Assembly: GCA_977030845.1 (NCBI GenBank) | Contig: OZ365114.1 | Coordinates: 26,040,001 to 26,104,000, forward strand | Length of the DNA stretch: 64,000 nt | Direction of reading: 5' to 3' | Source of the DNA: Fimbriosthenelais zetlandica | Lineage: Eukaryota | Shown here: positions 43,394 to 56,132 of the stretch, piece after piece | Numbering within the stretch: the stretch's first letter is position 1 | How the letters are laid out: each line of letters begins with the position of its first letter | Notes under the pieces: model-generated | Seen by the model: the letters and a program-made list of their open reading frames with translations, nothing else | Databases searched by the model: none | Told to the model about the DNA's origin: nothing | Made by a program: the position numbers and the translations under genes

Positions 43394-45273
43394 GTCCTCT
43401 CATCACAAAGTTCCCCAGTCAATCACTTGCTGTCCCCCTGACTGCTGTGACAGAATCCAATGATCACCCAGCAATAATTAACCACGCTGAATGTGGCCGT
43501 AAACACACCAGGGGCCAAGAAATAAAAACCCGTGATTAATATCCTCTTTTTATCTCAAGAAAAACCTCCCCAACAATCAATACTTGTTAGGTTTTATAGC
43601 ATACAATCAACATTTTCAGCCGATATAGATCTGTTCATTGTTCATTGTTCATTCATGCCTTGGGTTTTTTTTCTGGTATTGAGTGTTAGAATGATCTCTC
43701 TGGGAGGTTTTGGATCAGTGATCTATAGATTGAAACAAGGGATCAAAGCTGGTATTAGTCGTGATCAATACTATTCACATCAGGTTGTAAAAGGCGCAGA
43801 CAATGAGGGCTCAGCCATGCTTCACAGATTTGCGTGGGGTTTATTCTGATATGGATACGCTTGTAAGTAGTCTAATTAAAACAAGGCAATCCGTTATGGA
43901 GTCCCTCATTACACGCCCAGTCCCCAACACGGAAACCACCACACCGCCAGATGGCCAGCCACATTTATACACCCTGACGGACGTGGATCATCCTCACTTG
44001 GATCCCTGTCTAAATCCGCTGGGGATAATCCCTTCTAATCCACACATCTGTTTCTCTTTTCGTACACACCTCAGCAAAGGACATCCTCGGCCAATTAACC
44101 GACCAAAATACCAATGGTCATGCAACTTAAATTGGCCCGCATGCTTTGTAATGACTTCCTACCCCCAACCCTGATTCACTTCAGGCTTCTACCTATTGAT
44201 ACCCTGCCAGTGATCGTTCTTTGAGGCTACCCAGTATCTTTGAATGGTGGATAACGCTTTCTTTCTTCTCCATCTGATACTTTTTACATTATAGTCGATC
44301 TGTGATATTCACCTCTAGGTCTTGACTAAGTGAGCAGCATTAATGTCTATCACTGGACGCCTGGGCTCCGTTGGCGGGCTAATTTGTGTTTTGTTAAGCA
44401 CATTGTCCTAGAGCTAATTTTTCTTTTCTACTGCTCTCTCATCGAGGCTTTCATTAGTTTTTGCCTCTCTAGGCGGCGCTATCGCCACCACACTCCCAGC
44501 CTCCGCTCATCTAAACAGCAAGTCTTTAATGATTGCTCTTTTTAATTAAAGGTATTTGTTTTTTTATTCGTGGTCGGAATGAAGGCAATTCATGAGGGAA
44601 TTACCGAGTCCGATGTGAATTTCTTGGCCTTGCCAGTCTATTTTAGATGGGCTTGAAGCCATGTGGTTGACTATGAAGACTCGTAATGTAATGCAGTGAT
44701 TGCTTCTTTTACAGGACCAACCCACACCCGTAAACCCGCCCATCATAATGAGTCCTATTTTGGTTTGCTAGCTCTGGTTTGAATACAGACAGGCATATTT
44801 TGGGGCGCTTCATTAGCGTGCGATGCCTTGTTTGTTGTCCTTACCCTTTTACCTCTCTCACCGCAGTGACTGGGAATTAGCACCAGGCCTAGTAGAGCTT
44901 AATCTGTCAAAATACTGCCTCAGTGGCATCATTTTGTATAAATCCTAAGCCCTGTACTACAGCTGCCTTCACTAAAACAGACTAAAACTAAAGGATATAC
45001 AGTATTGCTGAATATACCAACGCGAAGTCTGAGCATCCTGTTTTGGTATATATGATTATTAGGAATCGTAACTGAAAGAAAGCTTTTCTCAGACGCACAA
45101 TATATTTCCTAAAGGCAGAACCTACAGTTTAAGAACATTTTCTAAAAGGCTAATTGTTTCCTCGACTCTATACGTTCTGTCCAAGAGATATCCCCTTAAA
45201 CTAGCGTGTGTCAGTGGAAGACGCACTACCAGCGTCTGCCAATACAGGACCACGCTAAGCCTCTAAAGATCCA

Positions 45274-45287
45274 GCACAAGAGGGCGC
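45274..45287 (+). promoter_or_regulatory. CTCF-like motif
   Basis: GCACAAGAGGGCGC matches the CTCF core CCRCYAGRKGGCRC at 12/14 positions. Confidence 0.4.
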
Positions 45288-48200
45288 ACCAAAAAGACTA
45301 ACGGAGCGGAATTAGATAAACATCACACTCCAGTCACCTGGAATAGGCTGTCCTTTTGTACATTCTCACAAGCACCCATTCTATCCCATGCCTCTCTAGA
45401 GATGGATTTAGATTAGTTTTTATTATATTTTAGGGAGTTTCGCTGTTTCGGCCACATCCGTATTGCCTGAGCTCTGCTTTGAGATAATATATCCTTTCTT
45501 CCATTTGAAAATTGGAGATATATCGTTCTTGCTCAGTTTCAGCAACATAATTTTACTAAATTTCTCAATGAAAATATTTTTTTTTTTGGCATTCTGATAA
45601 ATCCCGCCATTGTTTCACAGTGACAGGTTGATTAAAACAACTCCCAATGTCTTGCCCACCCCATGATAGGTACTCTTAACTCAACCTTTGTTGTTCTTCG
45701 GAAGTAATTGTTATTCCAATCGAATCAGCGCCTGTCATTCCTCCAAGTAAGTGGTTCTTGGACCCCTTCCCACCCCTTCCCTCCCCGCCCCTGCACCCAC
45801 CGCTCCCTCTCCCCACATTAACATGACAATAGAGGGCATGGGATGGCTATCATCTGGCGACTGCAATATTAAGCTGAACTGGCCAATTAGCTATGCTCTT
45901 TGCAAAGGCTCAATTTCCCAAATTCCATTAAAAAGGGATATTGCGAGGGGTGGTATTTGTCATTTATCAATTTTGGACATTAGACAATGATCCGACTACA
46001 CCCCTTCTCGTGCGTTGTATAATTTTGGATGGTATGTGTCCCCTGGAGTCACATTCTGGGCGATAATAGGGTGTTTACCGTAACAACACTGGCGGATCCA
46101 TACCATAGGTCCACGCCATTCCATCAAAGATAGATTCATCGATTTCAGCCTTGAGGTGGAATGGTGAACCTCGAGTTTCATATAGCTTTCAGTGTTATCG
46201 GTTTCTCTTCTAGATGTGATTTAGCCTCTTTTAGGCTGTTACATGTATGATATTTTGTAGATCTATGCTCGATTGGGACATCATTAGTAGAAAAGCAATT
46301 ATGACTTAATAATTTCCCACACAAACATCCCAGGAGTTCCACAGTGCTATGAAGCTATACTGTAGCCAGTGAGGCCATGTTTCTATTAGAGGCCATTGCT
46401 TGAGAATTAATTGGAGTAATATCAAATCATATTCAGACTGTGCTAAAAACACACCCACACAAATTTACCCCCAGGCATGAATTGATGAGGAAGGAATGAA
46501 AACACCGCTATAAGAGCAATGTTTCAAACACCTCCTAACAGGGAATATGTATGTAGAACTCCATCTGTGGTGAACTAATATAATTTGCAGCCTTGGCTTG
46601 CTACTTAGGGACGTCATCTTTTCATTTAACCATGGTATGTGTGGACTCCCTTCGACAGAGTTCTAACCCTGCAGGTCTTGTGGAAAATTACACTCCGCCC
46701 GACTGGAAGCAGCTTCCCCAGGGATCCGTCCCCAGCCCGGTGAACAAAACAGGGAGAATAAATTACCCCATTGTTCTGGCTGGGGCATTTCTCGGCCATG
46801 CAAATTGCCCCTCCGACCACAAGCCTCTATTAGTGGGGTCTTGCTTAATATTCATCAATTACATTTTGCAGATTTTGTGACACTTTCTTCCTCAGGGCTT
46901 TTCGCCAGTTCACACCGGATATCATTAATGCCATGGAGATCTTAATTATTTTTTGCCATTTTGTAATTACTTTTCTCCCCTTTTTCCCTGTCCCACCGCT
47001 GTTATCTATCTTTCCATCACTTTATCTGCGGCACCAGAACATCTGGTGTATATATTATAGCTATTTTCTGCATGGCATCTATACATGTACATGTTATGTA
47101 TGTACTTGTACCTATCCTTTTTCATGGACTTAAATATGCCATTAAATATAGCCCGTATTAGAAATAATCTTGTTTCTACTCGAAACACTCTATTTCTGGT
47201 TTATTCCAAACAGCACAATATCATTGAATTCAGCTAGGTTAGTGTATATAAGCAAGAGTAAAAAAACTGGTTTAGTTTGGTCTATAAGCTTACCAATAGA
47301 CCACCATTATGTCAATCAGTCTACATCTCATTGGCAAGTCTCGCCCGGCTTATATATTCCCAGCATGGTGTGAGGTAAATATGGAAGAATTTGTAGCAAA
47401 TGGTGAGCACCTGGTGCCCACCACTACACTATAAGTTAATGACCACATTGCCTTTATACTTCCATTACTTGGATCCTGAACCCCTCTCACAGCCTCCCCA
47501 TCAACACATGCTGCGAACCTATAGAAGCTATAGAAGGGAAATTGACAGCTACCACATGCCGTCCACACTACCATACCTCCCCGGCTATTCATATGCTAAA
47601 AGTCCGTCTTTGTGGAGAATGTGAGAGTTATAGATCATTTATCCACAGCTGCTCGTTACCTCTTGATTCAATTGCCTGTTTCACCATTGGAAGAGTTCCG
47701 GCTTATTTCAGTGTATGGGAGTCTCAGCCTTTGGGTTTACACTGATATGAGCTTGCAAATTATGTCTCCACAGAAAGATGTGCTCAGTAGAGTTTCCATA
47801 TCCGCTACAGATAGTCTTGGTAGTTTCTTAGACTCTTCTTTGGTTGTATGTAGTCAACTCTATACGTCTCTTTAAAAAAAAAATACATTAGACTGGTGTT
47901 CTATACAATATTGTACGTTTTCATCACAACAGTAATACAGTATTAATGTTTGTGCAAGTTAAGGACGTAAAAGTTGACAAAGGTGCGGATTAAGTTTTCG
48001 GTTAATGGTACATGTAGGCCCTATTAGGCTATATGCTATTAATATTGTCCCAGAACCAAATTCAGAAACAAAAGGTCTTTTTTCACAGACATGTTTGAAT
48101 CACATAGCTTGACATGGATGATTAAGTTGATCGTCTTGATGAACATGGCAGTGTTACCCGTAAGACTCATCCTGATTGATTGTCAGGGTGGGTTAAAATC

Positions 48201-49569
48201 ACACGCACTCAGGCCGCATGGGTTGCATGTGCCTCCAGGGCGCTGTACGATCAGCTAACTTCAAACACAATCATTCCTGAAACATTGCATTCTGCGGTTT
48301 GGTTTGAATAGTGAACAGTACTGGTAGCAGCTGGATTTGTCGTGTAATAAGGAACCAAATAAAAGGCAGGGTCGATAATAGGGAAGTTAAGCAGATCCAT
48401 AAAGCGTTATCCCTCCAACGCACACATTATACACACAATCACACAGACATTCTCAGTGCAGATTTGCTGCTTTGATTGTGTTGATCATAAAATTCATGCA
48501 CTCTGATCAATATGAGCATGAAATGCAGTGTTAACGAGACTGTCTTTGAGGAAGGCACGATCGCCGAGTTTCTAATGTGCGTTTGGGTGTGGTTATAATG
48601 CCCCTTTCAAGTCTTCATTTGGGTCAAACTCTTTGGTGTTGATTTCATAAATAATTGCTATTTATTCAGTTGAAAATATTAAATCACAATATTTCTGTTT
48701 TATCCAAGGAAACAAGCGACAGTTCCCGTAATTGTGTCGATGGTTGAACTTAGTACTAAATCATACTGTTTGTAATGGAGCTGAAGGTTCCTGATTGAAA
48801 AGTCATCTTGAATTATTCTGGCTTAAAAATGATATACATTTACAATATAAATCACCTTGATGTTCAAGGAGATATTTATCGATGTAGTTGCACCTGCAGA
48901 GTCTGGGTGTGACAAAGCATGAGAGTGTAGTTTTCGATCAGCCAGACTTAGTAACAATGTTAAGATCGCTCAGGACTGCTCCTTCTCTCCCTCCTCAGCA
49001 TCCATTTTAATAGGAATAATTTCCGATCATGGCCAGCCTAATTATACCTCAAGCATTAGTGCACTGATTTGAATCACTATAAGAAACATAGCAATTTAAT
49101 CAAGCATCCTTTCCAGACATGCTAATTATCGCAGCACCAAGATTATCATAATCCTAACGTTTCCTGTTTTACCTCTCTTTATCGGGGAGACAGATCCTCT
49201 GTCTAATTCCCAGAATCCACTGGTGGTTAGGTTTACAAGGTACCTAATACCTCTGACCATGCACTCTCTCTTGCCCCTGGCCCTACACTCTTGGGACATT
49301 GGATTTAGGTTTGACCTTGCTGGCTTTCATGCTTAAATAAGTAAGAAATCTCTGTTAAATGGGTTAGAATGATAATGGTTCCTTGACACTGCCTGTTCTT
49401 GTCATCTACCGTACTGATTCTTGTTTCTCCATATGTCTATGGTCTGCATATCTGCTTTATAACTATGACCCTACGACAATGACTTTACCTTGCATTTCTC
49501 GCCCCCTTTTCCCTTCCCCTTCCCGCCCCTTCTCTCCCATAGAATGCCATTTGTTTTGCCGCTTCCCTG

Positions 49570-49640
49570 CCCTCTTCACGTCACCACAGACAACAGCTGT
49601 CAAATCAAACCTCACGCGCCCACTGCGCATGCCCGGCTCA
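49570..49640. promoter_or_regulatory. CpG-rich promoter/enhancer-like element (CRE-like + NRF1)
   Basis: CACGTCA at 49577-49583; TGCGCATGC at 49624-49632; CpG-dense flank extending to ~49760. Confidence 0.4.
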
Positions 49641-52639
49641 GCCAGGTCTCGCTTTCAATAATGCATATTATGGGATGTTGTCGTCGTCGTGGTTACAGCC
49701 TGGGTCAGCGTTCATGTCTGGCGGATGAAAACCAGACGCAAAAACATGTCCCATTATATGGGATTGTCCGAGTTTCCTCGTTTTTGTCTGCAAATGGTTT
49801 TGCGACCGAATTCTTATGACAGATGTTTGGTTAGAAATAATGTGAAGACTTCATGTCAATTGTGTCGTCCTGGTTTGTCTTCATAACATCAATATAGTCA
49901 ATATAGGAAGTATGCTTTCTCCTAGACGGCAGTCTTCTCTCAGCATGGGGTGCTACTTCCTTTGGTGATCCAATAAAGCACATGCAATTTTCTCAAAATG
50001 GCATGCTATGCTTCTGTAGACAACATAGAAGCCTGGATCTATACGATCATTAGACGGATAGCTTTGGCTTCATTCTTGTTTCTATTTCTCGCACTCTGCA
50101 TTGGCAGGCTATACAGATTCCATGGAATTTTTTTTATGGATTCTTTATGGAATTAATGTTACAATAAAGGAAGTATTAAAGAGGGAAACTCCAGTAATTT
50201 CAGACATATTTAGGTAGGCCTATGCCATCAATTGTCAGGAAACTCATGGTAATTTATGATCAAAATTTAGTTCAGACCTTCTATCCTCGCAAAACCAATT
50301 GAAGGCGTATATTGTAGGGCATTAGAAGGTCCTCGCTTACATCTCTGGGGGTGTCCCGGTTTCAATCCATCAGCTTTTGTTTCCTCTCCTCTATCGGCTG
50401 ATTCCTTCTACTATATTTAACCTTCTCCCTCTCTGCCTCTCCCTCACTCTCTGTCTCTCTGTCTCTGCCAGGCGTGGGGTTGTGAACATTGTAGCAGACA
50501 CCTCTCTTGTGTTTCATCAAATTAGGAGGTATCCAATCAATACAGTCCGTCTCGGCTCCACGTTAAGCGGGCTTTCACGGCCCTGGCGGCTCACTCTGAG
50601 TAGTATATATAAAGCAGCTAATTTCCTCAGGCCATCCTCAGCAGGGGAACCTTAAGGTTTTACCCCATTCCCTTTCCTTTACAAAAATTCCCAGTCAAAA
50701 TCGAAATCAATTTGTAATCATTTGGGTTGGAGACAATTGAATGGTAGGGTTCAAGGTTAACTGCCGTTTTGTTTGTCCTTGAAACACGTCCTGCTTTTGG
50801 GAAAGGCTCTTCTTATTTTATTTCAATATTCTGGGTCGTTGCTAAGTTCATTCCAGGAATATTGAAGTAAAATATAAAATATATATATATAAGGTAGAAG
50901 TATTCCTGGTCACATCGCCGGAGACTTGTGACCTATCATGTCATCGTGTTGATAAAGATGTCAGGTAATTTGAGTGCTTCTGTTTTTAGATCCGCCATCT
51001 CTACATGCCAACTAATCACATTCTTGTGTTAGCAAATAATGAATGTGTGTTTATTTTTAAATGGTCCTACGAAGTAAAAACTTTATAAGATGAAAATTAT
51101 TCCACGTTTGCAGTCCCTTGCTGCACTCTCCCAGAAACTCGTGAAACGAGATCATATTACTTTGGATTAATAATTAAGTGACCATTGATAAAATCGATAG
51201 AAATTAGGAACTTGAAGGGTGTCTGCAGGTATAGTTCGGTGCTTTCTCGGTGTAGTTTTAGTGTAGCTTCCAATATAGAAGTGAATGATTGACATTGAGA
51301 GTGGTCATTGATTTCCTACATGAGACCAAGCTCTATAAATACAAGTTTACACCACAGACATCCCACTCACCCTCTCTCCCCAGCTATCAAGAATATCCCG
51401 CTTACAGCCCATCTTACAGCCCACCCTCGACTGACTACCAGTCCCTCTGTCATGTATTATTTTTCCCCTGGGCTACATTTTATTTTAACTTGGATTTCCT
51501 TCCTTCCTCAAGGCTCAGAGGCTGCTCTGCGGAATGCCCAGTGGGCATGGAGGCCCGGAAAAGAGCCTTCTTTATGGAGGAAACTGGGAAAGCGGCGAAT
51601 GGGAATATAAATTTCACAGAGATCCCGCTGGCCTGAAGAATTTAGTACATTTTGTTTAGTCAAAGCAAAATATTTGCTTCAAATATGCATCCTCTAAATG
51701 AGCTTTATTAAGTGGAATTGCCTGCGGATTGTGAAAATAAAACTTGACAAGTATGGATGGATTAACGGTGGTTTTAGTCATTTAGTCCTGGACACATCTA
51801 TTGTAACTCTACCCTTTATTGTGTGAGCTAGTCCCGACCCTTCCCCTGATGAGATCCTAATTTAACCCTTGACTGCCAAGATTAAGTATAACCCTGTTAT
51901 GCTACTAAATACTAATGTCAACCTCACGTCTCCGGACATCAAGTATAGTAATGATATCTGTCCTTTCTTGGTTTAAGAATCTTCCTCATATTAATGTAGC
52001 TATAGATGTTGTAGGTGTTTAGTATTTGTTCTGTGAGGGCAGTGTGAAGTGGATGCTTGTAAGGGGAGGTTCAGCAGGGTGATGACTTGATCATTTAATG
52101 ACGTTTGATGGCCGATGGTCATCTGGCTTCAGTGTCAGACTAGATGGTCAGCGCCAGGTCAATGAGTGACCAGGCTCTCTATCTCTCATCTAACATGCGC
52201 GTTTCATGCATGTCCTTTTGGTCAGCTCATTAAAATGCCTCCTTTAGTGCTGTTCCTTAATGACCATTCCTTCTAATTCCTCATTTCCTCCCCTCCATCT
52301 TGGTGCTGAACTGTATTTTCATTGATTGGTACATATTTCTCTACTGATATTTTCCTTTTCACTAAATCAAATATACCAGAACCAACCAGAACTACATGTA
52401 GATATGCCATCATCCATATGACAATTTTTTCATCCTTATCAGTTTGATCTGTTTACGTTATGTCATGACTGTGCATCAGGATATTTTGATTATTTTGATA
52501 ACAAGCTGTATCTAGTCTCTTTTTAATGTCATTTATGTCCTCCATGTTTGCATAATAGCGAGTCTCATTCCTCACAGAGTGAAACAGGCACGTGATCTTG
52601 CTGATCAGTGACACACAGCCAAAACGAGGCTGGGGCCCA

Positions 52640-52730
52640 GGGTCACCAGTCACGTGACACAATCAGATCGAGGCTCAGTGAGCGGAAGATTGTAATGTAC
52701 GCCCCGCCACCTGGCGTGCTAGCCTCAAAC
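52640..52730. promoter_or_regulatory. Motif cluster: palindromic E-box, ETS, GC box, CTCF-like
   Basis: GTCACGTGAC at 52649-52658; CGGAAG at 52683-52688; CCGCCACCTGGCGT at 52704-52717 (minus strand ACGCCAGGTGGCGG, 12/14 to the CTCF core). Confidence 0.45.
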
Positions 52731-53273
52731 TGAAGCCTCACTATTGGATTGTATCAGAATCCGGAGGTGAATTCCTCTGTATACTTCCTGCCCCTCCTCC
52801 CCGACTCTTTGTCTCCTGCATATTGCATTTTACATGCCCCAATGATTCGTTAAAAGCTGTCACAAAAGGCTTCAGGGTTAGGAACCCAACAATTACAGGC
52901 CTCATCAACGGAGATTGTTTTTCATCACAGCGCTTTTCTGATTGAATGGATTTTGTCAGATTTATATCTATTCTGACTTCTATAGAGAATAGAAGTTGAT
53001 ATAGGAGCATTGCATGGAGATAGTATTATATATAGTATAGGGAGTCTGTCAATGTCTTGTTGTCATTGTCATATAGCCATTGTTCCCAATGCAAAGCAAT
53101 CTCCGGGCTATTATCATTGATTCATTCCACGCCTCAACGCTAACCAAACATTGTCAACATCACATTCTCTCTCCCAGTAATTAAAACGTCAACTCTCGCC
53201 ATGCTCTCTCATCTCGCGTGATGTCACAACCGTAAAAATGGCAAGAGCCATTGCCATGACTACCTCAGGGTGA

Positions 53274-53309
53274 AGGTCACTGATGAAGCAAAGGTCAACT
53301 GGGAGGTCA
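53274..53309 (+). promoter_or_regulatory. Array of three AGGTCA nuclear-receptor half-sites
   Basis: AGGTCA at 53274, 53292 and 53304 (spacers 12 and 6). Confidence 0.35.
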
Positions 53310-54818
53310 ACTCGAAGTGGACCATCTAGAGAGGGGCTTTGGCTGGTTTCCCATATTGCCTATAGGTCTATAGAGCTGTGAAAATGTAGGTTTTCACAAA
53401 TCAAAGGTTCGCAGCCAGGTCTGTGAGTGTTTGTTCAGATTTGTGGACGGGGATAGAGTGCCTTGTTTTTCTGGGAAGCACGAAGCGCTCGCCTGGTGAT
53501 GGAGTGTGTTTGCTTTGGAAGATGAGTGGCTGGTGTTGTGCACTGCTACCAACATGGCCCTCTTCATCACAACTCATTCTTTCTCATTTTTGAGTTTTTT
53601 AAAAAACGATTTGGGTTAAAAATCTGACCGTTTTATACAGAAGTGTGTGTTCCTAGGGCATGGTAATATTACATAATGGGCCTCAGAAACCAGAGAAAAT
53701 GTGATACTCTTTGCCAATTGTTATTTAAGACTTTTGATGATTAATCTTTTAAATGCAATGGCCCTTCAAATGATTGATATTCATATATAGAATTATATCT
53801 AATATTACCCCTTAAACTATATTGATTATTTCAATCAGGATGAAAATGAACACACTTTGCACTTATGAATCCTTTATCGCTGGCCTGTTGGAATCTCTCT
53901 GGATGTGTCCACCTCAGACTGTTTACTCATGAATATGTTTATTATTTCCCCCTCAGGGGGACTGATACACCAACCTCTTCTCCCCCCGTCCCCTCAGAGT
54001 TCATCTCACACCGTGTTGTAGGCATACACAGTTCACTGAACTCTCTCCTCGAGTGGTCAAAGCCTCTGGTCCACTGGGAGCAAGCCTATAGTGTGTTGAT
54101 TTACCGATGGTCAGTCTATATACCATTGTCCAGAACTGACCATTAATTGCTCTTTAGCTGGACATCGAGCCAACTTTCAACTTGGGCCACATACATAGTT
54201 AGTTAGTAGCCAACTCTTATATGGTGTTAAGGCTGTTGGTGTACAGGGGAGTGAGTTAAAAAGGATTTTAGTCATGATCAGAAAGTCATTATTATTGTGT
54301 TGCTACTTGAATTTATCTGCTGTCTGGTTTAATGAATATGTCCGTGAGTTAACTGAAGGAAAAGAAAAGGTGTTTTTCTTTAGTTATGAATTTTAAGGAG
54401 GATGGATTTGGACTAAATGAACTGCCATCCTTGGCTTGACTTACAATGAAACAGTCGCAAGTATTTTTCATCAAAAAATCACTCTCATCTTGGCCTGAAT
54501 AAAGCAGGACTGCCCACGGCATTGTTCCGAGGCCAAAATGAGATTCATTAGGCCTTTAGCTGGAGGGAAAGATGATGGGGGGCTGGCTCCCACCGCCAGA
54601 ACTCTGCTTGCTAGGCTAGAAGATGGGACTACTTTATCAGAAATCAGTGCCAGAGGTCATCTATGGGAATGGCTGTAACTGTTTCATTCTTCGTTCAACA
54701 TTGAACACTGTTTTTCGATGAAAAATACTTGCATGACTAACCTAAAGATGTACTCTTGTGTAACCTTATGTATATTACTTGACATGTTGAATCTGAATGA
54801 TTTTTTTTCTTCTTTTAG

Positions 54819-54872
54819 GTAAGTACCGCACTTTCATATGATCGGAGAAGGAGAGTTCCATTCACAGTTAAC
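54819..54872 (+). other. Recursive splice site (ratchet point) with 54-nt RS-exon / microexon #2
   Basis: TTTTTTTTCTTCTTTTAG|GTAAGT, with no AG dinucleotide for ~70 nt upstream and GACTAAC at 54735-54741; downstream donor AAC|GTAAGT at 54873. Phase-0 reading VSTALSYDRRRRVPFTVN; stops in phases 1 and 2. Confidence 0.7.
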
Positions 54873-56088
54873 GTAAGTTCCGAACTCCATGCATTAATAT
54901 TAGAAATAGAGACAATAAGCATGATTTTTTCCCAAGGAAACGATTAATGGCCGGCATTTTAACTGGCATTTCTTTATGCTGTTTACCTTCACAGAGTAAT
55001 TGAGGGATAGTTTCATGTGCTGGCATGCCATTGGCTACATTTTACGATTCATATAAACACCATAGCCCACCCATATGGCAGAATAATTGTCTCCCACCAT
55101 CTAATGGTCTTATGTATGCCTCCAGGCCAAATCTATAATAGGAACTCCCCGTTGTGGAAAATGTGAAAATGGTCTGGTAAATTAAGGTTTAACACAGCTC
55201 AATGAGATGCAAGAAAGAAGGAAATGCACCTAGAGGCTGAATACCAACCCTCTTCATAATGACACTATTACTATCCCAGTCTTACTTTCTCCATTCATCT
55301 TTGAATATAAATGTACATGTTTTTCTATGAAATCGATACTATCGCAATTGTGTACATACCTTATTATGCCTTTGCCGCTAGAGTTGTACTAATTATTATG
55401 GAGCCGGATGTGACATTGCTTCATGTATGAACATTGCATTGAACAAAGGTAAAGGGGAACCCCCACAACCTCTATGTTTGATGCTTGAAAAGTATTGAAC
55501 ATTCTAGCCTCAACATGGCCTAAATTCAAGACTTTGCTATATATGGGGTTCTTTTACAGCGAGTTCAACCCACCCACCAGTCCCCAGCCTCTCAATGATT
55601 AGCTATACTTGTCAAAGTCATGATTTATCGAACAAGACAAGCATCAAATCATTACATCATCCTACTGTTAATTAATTCATGGCTTGAAGCTGGCCGGCTC
55701 CCGCCTGTTACACTGGGAGACACGACACGCCATTCAAGCCTAGTACCAGATAAGAGATGACTATCACAGATACAGTCATTGGTGATATATCACCATTATT
55801 GTCATTTTTGTTCTCTTCCCCTACAAACAGCCACCCCCCCCCCCCCCCACACACACAGTGAACAACACCTGGGGGGTTTTGTTTTAAATCTAGTCTGATC
55901 CCAGATAACCACCCCTTGCTACAAGGGCCAGGTGTCATGTAGGAAAACAAAAGGAAGAGCATTGGAAATTAATGAACACGCTTGTTGACTACATTAGCAC
56001 ACCAGAGTGACTCTAATGTAACCGTAAGGGAGCACTAAATATGCACATTTGCCCTGCAGAACTGTCATGTCTGATCTCCCCAGGCTGA

Positions 56089-56132
56089 AGGTCACATGGA
56101 TCACCTGACCTTCATGACCTTTGCTTTGACCT
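56089..56132. promoter_or_regulatory. Cluster of four AGGTCA/TGACCT half-sites
   Basis: AGGTCA at 56089-56094; TGACCT at 56106, 56115 and 56127 (spacers 3 and 6). Confidence 0.4.

Noticed and set aside
47590-47885. RLCGE...IDHL...HSC fragments across frames plus an A-run, resembling a LINE C-terminal zinc knuckle and tail
   Set aside because: Requires two frameshifts and no RT motifs are seen upstream; too weak without an HMM search.
30183-48834. Exact 17-mer CTGGCTTAAAAATGATA at 30183 and 48818 (also 15-mer CTAAAGTGATACATT near 384 and 1722)
   Set aside because: Matches of this length are expected by chance in 64 kb of AT-rich DNA, and the flanks do not align.
51862-51880. TTAA-CCCT piggyBac-like end (also CAGTGGCGGAT ends at ~10060 and ~46088)
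   Set aside because: No matching partner terminus or target-site duplication was found.
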